A stretch of 59,955 bases of DNA, counting the filler. It is 6 parts of 6 records of this genome, joined end to end, with 100 filler letters (N's around TTAATTAATTAA, not from the genome) between each part and the next. Parts side by side here need not be neighbours in the genome. Positions count along the whole stretch, not along the records: positions 1 to 16,096 come from SRR20825019_653; 5 more parts are not named here. One strand, 5' to 3'. The notes beneath the pieces are model-generated. The model was given only the letters and a program-made list of their open reading frames with translations. It did no database searches and was not told where the DNA came from. The translations under genes and the position numbers were made by a program. Each line of letters starts with the position of its first letter. The stretch's first letter is position 1. Positions 1 through 8,189 of the stretch are shown here, piece after piece.

Positions 1-1070
1 CCGGAGCTCACCAGCCAGCGGCTGCCGACGGTGCGCTGAGTCTGAATGATCCGTTGTTCGACCAGATTATTTTCACCGACGACCATGATGATGGCATCGC
101 CCTGGCCATTGCGACTGACCAGCGACTGCGAAACGAGAATGGCATCGGGCTGAGTGCCTTCGGCCAGGACGGCGCGCACAAACATCCCGGGCAGCAAATT
201 GAGATCGGGATTAGGCACCAAACCTCGCAGCAGGATCGTTCCCGTGGAGGGGTTGACCGTGACATCGGAGAATTCCAGCGATCCGGCATGCTCGTAGGTG
301 TCACCGTTATCCAGAAGCACTTTCAGGGGAGTCGCGCCCGGGTTGCTTTCCTGCAACTGACCGGAGGCGAGGGCCTGTTTTAAACGGATCACTTCGTCGG
401 CCGATTGAGTAAGATCGATATAGAGGGGGTCAAGCTGTTGGACGGTGGCGAGCAGGGTCGCGGTGGCGGCTTGCACGTAGGCGCCCTCGGTGACCTCGGC
501 GCGACCGATGCGGCCGTTGATCGGCGAGGTGACGCGGGTGTAATCGAGATTGATTTGAGCAGAGGTGACTGCGGCTTTGGCCGCGGCGACATCGGCGGCC
601 AGGGCGAGCTGGGCGGCGACGGCGTCGTCGTAGGTCTGCTTGGAAATCGCGTTGGTGGAAACGAGATCCTCGAAGCGTTCCGCCTGGAGTTTCTTGGAGG
701 CGAGACTGGCTTCGGCGCGGGCAAGATTGGCTTGGGCACTGTCGAGGGCGGCCTGATAAGGGGCGGGATCGATTTCAAAGAGGAGCTCTCCTTTTTTGAC
801 GGAGGCACCTTCGGTGAAGAGTCGCTTCAGCACGATACCGTTGATTCGTGCCCGCACTTGTGCGACGCGATGGGCGGAAGTGCGGCCGGATAATTCACGC
901 AAGAGGCTGGCCGATTCCGGCTGCACCGTGGTGAAGGAGACGGTGAGTGGTGCCGCGGCCGGTGGCGCGCTGGCAGTTTTCTTTTCGCAGCCCACTGTAA
1001 GGAGGAGAGCGGCGACGAGACTGATACCGGAGAGGATCGAGACGGATCGTGAATTTAGAGATAAACGCAT
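1..1070 (-). CDS. RND efflux periplasmic adaptor (AcrA/MexA family), 3' end truncated by window edge
   Basis: Manual translation from ATG 1070: MRLSLN...LLLTVGCEKK (lipoprotein signal)...ELSGRTSAHRVAQVRARINGIVLKRLFTEGASVKKGELLFEIDPAPYQ, typical membrane fusion protein; absent from ORF track because it runs off the edge. Confidence 0.92.
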   Translation of the reverse strand, partial: MRLSLNSRSVSILSGISLVAALLLTVGCEKKTASAPPAAAPLTVSFTTVQPESASLLRELSGRTSAHRVAQVRARINGIVLKRLFTEGASVKKGELLFEIDPAPYQAALDSAQANLARAEASLASKKLQAERFEDLVSTNAISKQTYDDAVAAQLALAADVAAAKAAVTSAQINLDYTRVTSPINGRIGRAEVTEGAYVQAATATLLATVQQLDPLYIDLTQSADEVIRLKQALASGQLQESNPGATPLKVLLDNGDTYEHAGSLEFSDVTVNPSTGTILLRGLVPNPDLNLLPGMFVRAVLAEGTQPDAILVSQSLVSRNGQGDAIIMVVGENNLVEQRIIQTQRTVGSRWLVSS

Positions 1071-1077
1071 GGGACTA

Positions 1078-1587
1078 TTATTGAGAAATTGATGGGAGAA
1101 CCTGTCGCAGACGACCACTAGCATGATCGAGACCAATGATCTCATCCGGTTTCAGGACGGACATATACCGGGTGATTGCTTCGAGGCAGTGAGTGATCGC
1201 ATGAGAGAACGCGGTGTGGCCCTTGGGTGTGGCCCGGAGCATGACATTGCGTCGGTTCGTCGGCATACGGGAGCGGGTGATCAGGCCGGAAACCTCCAAT
1301 CGGCCAAGAATTCCGGATACCATTTGGCGGGGGATTTTGAATTCCGTCGCGAGATCGCCGGGGGTGATCGCATGCGGTTCGTGATGGATCAGGTGGGCGA
1401 GGAGATGAAATCCGCAGGAAGTCAGATCACTATGCGCCAATTCCCGGCGGAGGGCATCTTCGATGATCTGAGAAGTTCCGATGAATTCCATGAGGGCATG
1501 GCATTTCGATTCGTCGCCGGGGACGCCCTTGCGTGCTGCGGAAAGTAGCTCCTCTCGGGCTGTTCCGTGGCTGATTGATACTTTCAT
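1078..1587 (-). CDS. MarR family transcriptional regulator
   Basis: ITPGDLA...VSGILGRLEVSGLITRSRMPTNRRNVMLRATPKG winged-helix signature; directly upstream of the efflux adaptor. Confidence 0.85.
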   Translation of the reverse strand: MKVSISHGTAREELLSAARKGVPGDESKCHALMEFIGTSQIIEDALRRELAHSDLTSCGFHLLAHLIHHEPHAITPGDLATEFKIPRQMVSGILGRLEVSGLITRSRMPTNRRNVMLRATPKGHTAFSHAITHCLEAITRYMSVLKPDEIIGLDHASGRLRQVLPSISQ

Positions 1588-1641
1588 GCTACCAACATAC
1601 ATCGTTTATTTGGAGATGTTATGACTTTGTAGTTTGCGAAC

Positions 1642-1660
1642 TGATAACTTCTAGCTATCA
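1642..1660. promoter_or_regulatory. LysR-type binding site (T-N11-A dyad) between divergent marR and lysR
   Basis: TGATAACTTCTAGCTATCA dyad (TGATA...TATCA) containing ATA-N9-TAT just upstream of the lysR start. Confidence 0.65.
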
Positions 1661-1667
1661 GGTGGGT

Positions 1668-2567
1668 GTGGAATTGCGGCACATGAGATATTTCGTGGCG
1701 GTAGCGGAGGAACTGAGTTTTCGCCGCGCGGCGGAGCGGTTGCGGTTGTCTCAGCCCGGTTTAAGTAAACAGATCAAAGATCTGGAACAGGAAATCGGCA
1801 CCCGGCTTTTGAAGCGCAATACGGGCGGGGTGATGCTGACCGATGCCGGGGAAGTTTTCCTCGATGAGGCGCGGGACATTATCGAGCGCACAGATATGGC
1901 GGCGGAAGCGGCCCGGGATGCGGCGGAAGGTCGCTTGGGACGTCTGACCGTGGGAAATTTTGGTGCGATGTCCGCGAGTTTTTTGCCGACGACATTGTCC
2001 GCTTATCGCAGTCAGTTCCCACAGGTGGAAGTGAACCTGCAGGAGATGGGACTCCCGGAACAGCTCTCGGCCCTCAAGGCGGGCCTGATCCATGTGGGAT
2101 TCACGATCGACGAAGGCGATTCGATCGCACCGGAATTTGATTGGATGGAGGTTCTGGAATCCCGCGTGAGCATCGGGATGGGGCGAGATCATCCTCTGGC
2201 TCAAAAGAACCGGGTATCATTGAGCGAATTGATCGAGGAGCAGATTTTATGCGTTGGGGAAACCGAGCGGCACGATTTGCACCGGAAGAGAGTGGAGAAG
2301 CTCTTTGCGGATCGTAAGATCAGGCACCGGCCGATCCGGAGGGTGAATAGTGTCGAATCCCTGGTCGCACTGGTGGCGGGAGATCATGGTTTGTCGATCA
2401 TGTTGCCCGTGGTGAGAAATTCAGAGAACATCGTTTTTCGTCAGATCAAGGAAGAAGGGGAGGATCTGGTGGTGCGGTTACGGGCGGTCTGGCGCAAGGA
2501 TGGTGAATCGCTCCTCGCCCGGAACTTTGTCGAGACGTTGCGGGTGCAGCGCGTGAAGTGGCAGTAG
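1668..2567 (+). CDS. LysR family transcriptional regulator
   Basis: GTG start; VELRHMRYFVAVAEELSFRRAAERLRLSQPGLSKQIKDLEQEIG HTH. Confidence 0.95.
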   Translation: MELRHMRYFVAVAEELSFRRAAERLRLSQPGLSKQIKDLEQEIGTRLLKRNTGGVMLTDAGEVFLDEARDIIERTDMAAEAARDAAEGRLGRLTVGNFGAMSASFLPTTLSAYRSQFPQVEVNLQEMGLPEQLSALKAGLIHVGFTIDEGDSIAPEFDWMEVLESRVSIGMGRDHPLAQKNRVSLSELIEEQILCVGETERHDLHRKRVEKLFADRKIRHRPIRRVNSVESLVALVAGDHGLSIMLPVVRNSENIVFRQIKEEGEDLVVRLRAVWRKDGESLLARNFVETLRVQRVKWQ

Positions 2568-2601
2568 CTTGCGCGAAGCGGACGCCCCGGCTGCCGAAAA
2601 C

Positions 2602-3180
2602 TCAGCGGAACTTGCTGCAGGGCTGGTGTCGCGGACAGGTGATCAGGTGATCGTTAACCATACCGCTGGCCTGCATGAACGCATACATGATGGTGGAACC
2701 CACGAATTTGAAACCGCGTTTTAAGAGGTCTTTGCTGAGCGCATCACTTTCCGGTGTTTTGACGGGGACGTCTTTCATCGTGCGGCGATGATTCACGATC
2801 GGTTGGCCTTTTACGAATGACCAGAGGTAGGCATCGAAACTGCCGAACTCTTTTTGCACGGCGAGGAAAGCTTTGGCATTAGTGATGGTCGAGGCGATCT
2901 TCAGGCGGTTACGCACGATCCCGGCATCGGCGAGCAGGGCGGCGACCTTTTTGTCGCCATACTTCGCGATTTTCTTCGCGTCGAATTGATCGAAGGCGTG
3001 GCGATAATTTTCACGCTTATTCAGAATCGTGCTCCAGCTCAGACCGGCCTGCGCGCCTTCGAGAATCAGGAGTTCGAACAGCGCGCGATCATCGTGGAGA
3101 GGCACACCCCATTCAGTGTCGTGATAGGCAATGTCGTTTTCCGATTTGGCCCAGGCGCAGCGAGTGGATTGAGTGATCAT
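2602..3180 (-). CDS. tag: DNA-3-methyladenine glycosylase I
   Basis: RCAW...YHDTEWG...LEGAQAGLSWSTILNKRE...GFKFVG...GMVNDH motifs. Confidence 0.96.
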   Translation of the reverse strand: MITQSTRCAWAKSENDIAYHDTEWGVPLHDDRALFELLILEGAQAGLSWSTILNKRENYRHAFDQFDAKKIAKYGDKKVAALLADAGIVRNRLKIASTITNAKAFLAVQKEFGSFDAYLWSFVKGQPIVNHRRTMKDVPVKTPESDALSKDLLKRGFKFVGSTIMYAFMQASGMVNDHLITCPRHQPCSKFR

Positions 3181-3217
3181 GAGTAAAATCCTACAGTTAC
3201 TGACTGACAGCCTTATG

Positions 3218-3967
3218 TCAGGATGGCGGCTGATCCTGGGAGGATTGGTCGCGCAGAGTGGCGATCTCGGTTTTCAAATCGGTGAACTGCTGCATGATTT
3301 GTTCATCCTTCTTTTGCTGGTCGCGGTGGTGACCGAGGAAGAAGCTGGCGATCACCCCGCTCAAAGTGCCGAAGAGGCCGACCCCGGTGATCATCAGAAT
3401 CCCTGCAATTACCCGGCCTTCGTGAGTCACGGGGTATTTGTCACCGTAACCCACCGTTGTGATGGTGGTGATGCTCCACCAGATGGCGTCATCCGCCGTG
3501 CGGATGTTCGCCTCGGGCGTCCTCTCGGCGAAGAGAATCACGATGGAAGAAAAGGTGATGACCAAAAACGTGATGAGAAACACCGAGGCGACGCCTCCTT
3601 CGGTGCGATTTTTGAAGAGGCCGGCGATGAATTCTTTCAGCGAACGGGCGAGCAGGAATATGCGGAGAATCCGGAAAACCCGGAAGAGCCGTCCCCACCG
3701 CAAGGCCTCAATCTCGGGGATGCTGGCGAGGAGATCGATCCAGCCCCACTTCATGAACTGCAGCTTTGATTCCGCGCGTTTAAATTGGAGGCAGAAATCG
3801 AAGAGAAACAGAATACAGATGCAGGTATCGGCCCATCTGATGACCCGCTGAGCTTCGGGGGGAATGTTAAAGATGAGTTCTGCTGCCAGTGCGCCGATCG
3901 TGAGAATCGAGAGGATCAGGATAATCGCCTGAAACGGTTTGATTTCCGGAGGTTGGGAGGCGGGCAT
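3218..3967 (-). CDS. Voltage-gated-type potassium channel (6TM, KvAP-like)
   Basis: Selectivity filter TTVGYGD; Arg-repeat S4 LRWGRLFRVFRILR. Confidence 0.92.
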   Translation of the reverse strand: MPASQPPEIKPFQAIILILSILTIGALAAELIFNIPPEAQRVIRWADTCICILFLFDFCLQFKRAESKLQFMKWGWIDLLASIPEIEALRWGRLFRVFRILRIFLLARSLKEFIAGLFKNRTEGGVASVFLITFLVITFSSIVILFAERTPEANIRTADDAIWWSITTITTVGYGDKYPVTHEGRVIAGILMITGVGLFGTLSGVIASFFLGHHRDQQKKDEQIMQQFTDLKTEIATLRDQSSQDQPPS

Positions 3968-3986
3968 GGGATGTTTGCGTTAGGGA

Positions 3987-4715
3987 TTATGCGGAGGCTT
4001 GCCGCATGCGATCGAGTTCCTCTTCGCCGAGGGGGCCCGGGTGTTTGACTTTCAAACTGTCCCGAAACTCCCGGGCGAAATCACGTTTATAACGGTAGTT
4101 GATCAGGGCAATGATTCCCATGGCGAGGAGTGCGCCGACACTGGCGAGTGCCATATCCTTATGAGCATCCCAGACGTCGCCCTGAGAACCGAGGTAGGCG
4201 ATTCCGAGATCTCCCCCGAATATTTCCGCGGCGATCCACTCGAAAAGTTCGAAGATCATCGAGGTGCTCATGACCAAATCGAGTGGCAGAAAATATCCCC
4301 AGAACCCCCGCACATCAGCCACGCGCAGAAACATTTCCCGAATGGGATACGCGATCAGGAAACCATAGAGAAAATGAACCAGGCGATCAAAATGGTTGCG
4401 CTCAAAACCGAGGACTTCGTTGAGCGTGACACCGAAGAGAGCGTGCCACCATTCATCGTAAGGCACTTCGGCATAGGTCCAATGAGCCCCCGTTTCATGC
4501 AGGCAGAGAAAGATGAAGATCAACCCATAGCTGATGCGGGAAAGCGGCAGGCTTCGGTAGGTCGAAACCAGAATGATACCCACCACGACCATCAGCGCAT
4601 TTTCCAGCATCCAATCGTGGGGGTAGTGCGCTCCGATGGCCGAGCGAATAATGACCAGCACGAGGATGGAACCAAGGATGGCGACAAAACGACCACGGGG
4701 GATGCGGGATAACAT
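3987..4715 (-). CDS. DUF2238/YjdF family inner membrane protein
   Basis: WMLEN, YAEVP, RNHFDRLVHF, LGSQGDVWDAHKDM motifs. Confidence 0.9.
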   Translation of the reverse strand: MLSRIPRGRFVAILGSILVLVIIRSAIGAHYPHDWMLENALMVVVGIILVSTYRSLPLSRISYGLIFIFLCLHETGAHWTYAEVPYDEWWHALFGVTLNEVLGFERNHFDRLVHFLYGFLIAYPIREMFLRVADVRGFWGYFLPLDLVMSTSMIFELFEWIAAEIFGGDLGIAYLGSQGDVWDAHKDMALASVGALLAMGIIALINYRYKRDFAREFRDSLKVKHPGPLGEEELDRMRQASA

Positions 4716-4768
4716 GTCGCGAAAATTGCGGCTGAATCACGATCGAGTCGAATCGGAAAACAGACCTG

Positions 4769-5887
4769 CTAGTGGTGTTTGTGTCTGGACTTGGGCAACA
4801 TCATGATGGACGGGATCGTAATCATCAACCCTGTGAGGATGATCCAGATCGCGGCGTGAGAAGCATTGCCTGCGGTGAGCAGGACATTGGCGGCGAGGGC
4901 CGCCACCGTGAGATTGGGGCAGAGCAAAAGGAGACTCGTGTCGTTCCCTCCTGTGGGCACGAATCGTCGGTGGATCACCAAACGCCAACCGAGGATGATC
5001 GCCGCGGTCATCAGTGCGAGTAGTCCGGTTTGGGAAACCACGGCGCCGAGCGGGACTTGAAGTCCGAGTGAGATGAAAAAGATCGGAATGAGAAACCGGC
5101 GACTGATGGGGGCGATGTAGTCTTCCAACCTTTGGTTGTGGTGTTGGATCCGACTCATGAACAAGCCGAGAAAGAATGCGGTTTTGATCGCGTCGAGTCC
5201 GAGTCGATCTCCGATCGCGCAGACTATGAGAACCAATAACACGACCAGATGGATCCGCCATCGAGTGGTGCGCGTGAGGATATGCTCGAACAGTGAACGC
5301 AGTCGGGTGGCAAGCTGACTGATGATAAACACTGTGACCGCAATCCCGACGAGTTTAACGAGCACCAACCAGGACAGTCCGTCCTTGTAAATGGCGGTTT
5401 CTGCGGAAAGCAGCACAATGGCGGTGATTTCGAGCAGGACCATCTTGAGCAGGAGCTCTTGTTTGGCTGCCTTATCCATTCCCTTGTATTGCCGCCAGCC
5501 CGGATGGGCCATGCCGACGGAACAACTGGTGAACGCGGCTGCGGCCACGAAACAATCGAGCCACTCCAATCCGGCGTAGCGGCCCAGCAGTAAAATGACG
5601 GGATATTGCAGAGCGATCCACCAAAGCGACCGTCTCAGCGGGCCAATGAACTTGCGCAATGGCGGAAGATCAATTTCCAAGCCGACTTCAAACAGCAGAA
5701 GTAAAAACCCAACCTTGCCGGCCTCCATGAGCATTTCTGCCGCACTGGATTGCGCGAATGGATTCATGAGCAACCCGCACATCACGAAGAGCGGATAACG
5801 CATCGCGGGGCGTCCCATCCATCGACAGAAGTCGGGGATGGTCATAAACAGGAGTAGCAGGAATATGATGATCTCGATTCCGCTCAT
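4769..5887 (-). CDS. Cation:proton antiporter (CPA2-like), no C-terminal regulatory domain
   Basis: Multi-TM; GFLLLLFEVGLEIDL and FLIPIFFISLGL motifs. Confidence 0.8.
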   Translation of the reverse strand: MSGIEIIIFLLLLFMTIPDFCRWMGRPAMRYPLFVMCGLLMNPFAQSSAAEMLMEAGKVGFLLLLFEVGLEIDLPPLRKFIGPLRRSLWWIALQYPVILLLGRYAGLEWLDCFVAAAAFTSCSVGMAHPGWRQYKGMDKAAKQELLLKMVLLEITAIVLLSAETAIYKDGLSWLVLVKLVGIAVTVFIISQLATRLRSLFEHILTRTTRWRIHLVVLLVLIVCAIGDRLGLDAIKTAFFLGLFMSRIQHHNQRLEDYIAPISRRFLIPIFFISLGLQVPLGAVVSQTGLLALMTAAIILGWRLVIHRRFVPTGGNDTSLLLLCPNLTVAALAANVLLTAGNASHAAIWIILTGLMITIPSIMMLPKSRHKHH

Positions 5888-5941
5888 GCGCGTGCAGACT
5901 GAGGGAGGCCTGCGTCTGCGCAAGACCGCAGGAAGCGATCT

Positions 5942-6424
5942 TTAACCAGCCTGCAAGAGATCCGACAAGTCCAGTCGCTCGGTGACCATGGCAAGATCAC
6001 CGGATGCGGTGCGTGGCCATTGTTCCTCCGGTCGATCCCAATAAAGCTCCACTCCGTTCTGATCGGGATCGCGCAGGTAAAGGGCCTGGCTCACACCATG
6101 ATCGGAAGCCCCGTCGAGCGGGATGTTGGCAGCCTGCAGTCGGCGCAACGCATCAGCCAAATCGGTCCGCTCGGGATAGAGAATCGCCACATGAAATAAG
6201 CCGGTGGTGCCGGGCGCGGGTGGGGATCCTCCGGCGCTTTCCCACGTGTTGAGTCCGAGATGATGGTGATAACCGCCGGCGGAGATAAACGCGGCCTGGT
6301 CGCCATAGCGTTGGGTGACGGTGAATCCCAGAACGCCGCAATAGAAGCCGAGGGCGCGTTCGAGATCCGAGACTTTCAGGTGCACGTGGCCAATACGTGC
6401 TCCGGCGGTGATGGGTGACGACAT
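5942..6424 (-). CDS. VOC/glyoxalase family protein (CatE-like)
   Basis: IGHVHLKV, GGYHHHLGLNTW, DHGVSQALYLRDPDQNGVELY. Confidence 0.9.
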   Translation of the reverse strand: MSSPITAGARIGHVHLKVSDLERALGFYCGVLGFTVTQRYGDQAAFISAGGYHHHLGLNTWESAGGSPPAPGTTGLFHVAILYPERTDLADALRRLQAANIPLDGASDHGVSQALYLRDPDQNGVELYWDRPEEQWPRTASGDLAMVTERLDLSDLLQAG

Positions 6425-6516
6425 GCGGCTATTTTGTTTCAGAACGCGAGGAAACGCAAATGGCAGTCTGGACAATTCAGGGACTGGTGGCATTTTTCAT
6501 GTAACGATTCCCTTTC

Positions 6517-6933
6517 ATGAAATTTCTCAAACTTAACTTCATTCCCCAGAGCACTGATTTCGGACTGCTGCTCCTGCGCATCTGGGCCGGTCTTACCATG
6601 CTGCTCAATCACGGGTTGGGTAAATTGACGGGGTTTGCGGACAAGATGGATTCGTTTCCCGATTTTTTTGGAATCGGTCACACCGCGACCTTGGTATTGG
6701 CGATCTTCGGCGAAGTGGTTTGTTCCGCTTTGTTGACGCTGGGCTGGTATACGCGATTTGCGGCGTTGGGGCTTTCGATCACGATGGGCGTGGCATTCTT
6801 TATGGCGCACGGTGCGAAGCTTTCCGGTGCGGGCAGCGGCGAACTCGCCTTCATCTATCTGGCAGCCTTTGTGATGATCTTCTTTGCGGGAGCGGGTAAA
6901 TTCTCCATCGACGGTAAACAAGGCGCGAGCTGA
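6517..6933 (+). CDS. DoxX family membrane protein
   Basis: GLLLLRI...HGLGKL...LGWYTRFAAL...GAGKFSID. Confidence 0.9.
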   Translation: MKFLKLNFIPQSTDFGLLLLRIWAGLTMLLNHGLGKLTGFADKMDSFPDFFGIGHTATLVLAIFGEVVCSALLTLGWYTRFAALGLSITMGVAFFMAHGAKLSGAGSGELAFIYLAAFVMIFFAGAGKFSIDGKQGAS

Positions 6934-6996
6934 ACGTTTCGAATTTTGAAAACGAAAAAGCGGGGCTGATTCAGCCGTTGGAGTAAGGCTTTGGAA

Positions 6997-7091
6997 GTAG
7001 GCCGTGAGCTCGCTCACGCTGAAAGTTCAGCATGCGCGAGCGAGCTCGCCGCCTACTGACGGAACAGGGCGTGGTCGAGCCACGCCCCTAC
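6997..7091. repeat. Cluster of three GTAG-type REP palindromes
   Basis: GTAGGCCGTGAGCTCGCTCACG (6997-), inverted partner GCGCGAGCGAGCTCGCCGCCTAC (-7056), and GGGCGTGGTCGAGCCACGCCCCTAC (7067-7091). Confidence 0.8.
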
Positions 7092-7099
7092 GGGACGGA

Positions 7100-8044
7100 C
7101 TACCGCAGCTTGGCGAAGCTGGCCTGGAGTAACTCGAGATCGCTGGCACCTTTGGTGCGTTCGCGGGCTTTCTTCACGAGATTGGCTTCGAGTTCGTTTT
7201 TGGTGGGGCGGCTCTTTTCGTAGTAAACCCCGAAACGGCCCGGCCACGGTTCGAGCGCGAGCTTGGCGGCGGCAAGTTCGTCGGCAGGATCATGGCGATC
7301 TTCGTCTTCAGGCGTGCCGTCGTTTTGCTTGAGCTCGATCGGAGTGAAAGCGCCCCCCTTGCGCGGGTTGGCATCGTCGAATGAGCCGGGGAAGAACTCC
7401 ACGCATTCGGAGAGAATTTCGACGACCGAGAATCCGTCATGACGCGCCGCCCGTTCCATCATTTCCATCATATGCTTCACCTGAGTGGCATGACTGCGGG
7501 CGATGAAGGTCGCGCCCGTGTTGAGAAGGGTGCGCATGGGGTTGATGGGTTGATCCATCGCGCCGGTGGGATCGGTCTTCGATTTGAATCCGATCGGAGA
7601 GGTCGGGGAGGTCTGCTTCTTGGTGAGGCCATAGACGAAATTGTCCATGATCACGTAGGTCAGATTTACGTTTTTCCGCGCAGTGTGCACGAGATGATTT
7701 CCGCCAATCGAGAATCCGTCGCCATCGCCTCCGAATACGAAGACATGGAGATCATCGCGGGAGAGTGAGATCCCCGCGGAGAAGGGCAGGGAACGTCCAT
7801 GGATGTAGTGTCCGCCATGCGTGTTGACGAAATAGGGGAAGCGCGAGCTGCAGCCGATACCGGCCATCGTCACGATGTTTTCGTGCGGTAGCTGGAGCTT
7901 TTCGAGCACGCGATAAAATGAGGAGAGCACTGCAAAATCGCCGCAACCGGGGCACCAGGTGGGATGATCGGCAGTGAGGGCTTTTTTGGTGAGAGGCACG
8001 CGTTCGCTATCGGGTTGCGCGGGGGAAAGGGTTGATGAACTCAT
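7100..8044 (-). CDS. korB: 2-oxoacid:ferredoxin oxidoreductase beta subunit
   Basis: PTWCPGCGDF, GIGCSSR, TPP-binding GDGDG...MDNFVYGLTK. Confidence 0.93.
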   Translation of the reverse strand: MSSSTLSPAQPDSERVPLTKKALTADHPTWCPGCGDFAVLSSFYRVLEKLQLPHENIVTMAGIGCSSRFPYFVNTHGGHYIHGRSLPFSAGISLSRDDLHVFVFGGDGDGFSIGGNHLVHTARKNVNLTYVIMDNFVYGLTKKQTSPTSPIGFKSKTDPTGAMDQPINPMRTLLNTGATFIARSHATQVKHMMEMMERAARHDGFSVVEILSECVEFFPGSFDDANPRKGGAFTPIELKQNDGTPEDEDRHDPADELAAAKLALEPWPGRFGVYYEKSRPTKNELEANLVKKARERTKGASDLELLQASFAKLR

Positions 8045-8076
8045 GGAATAGTGAGGTTTAGGAAGGTGGGATTCGG

Positions 8077-8160
8077 TTCTTTCTCTTAATCTTTATTCGT
8101 TCTCTTTCTCTCGGTTTTGTCTGGAGGAGAAAGATTAAGATAAAGAGGAACGAGAACGAT
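8077..8160. repeat. Imperfect inverted repeat of degenerate ~6-bp units (pyrimidine arm, purine arm)
   Basis: TTCTTTCTCTTAATCTTTATTCGTTCTCTTTCTC followed by GAGAAAGATTAAGATAAAGAGGAACGAGAACGAT in the korA-korB spacer. Confidence 0.6.
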
Positions 8161-8189
8161 CAGGTTGTGGTTGGTTGATTCGATTCTCG

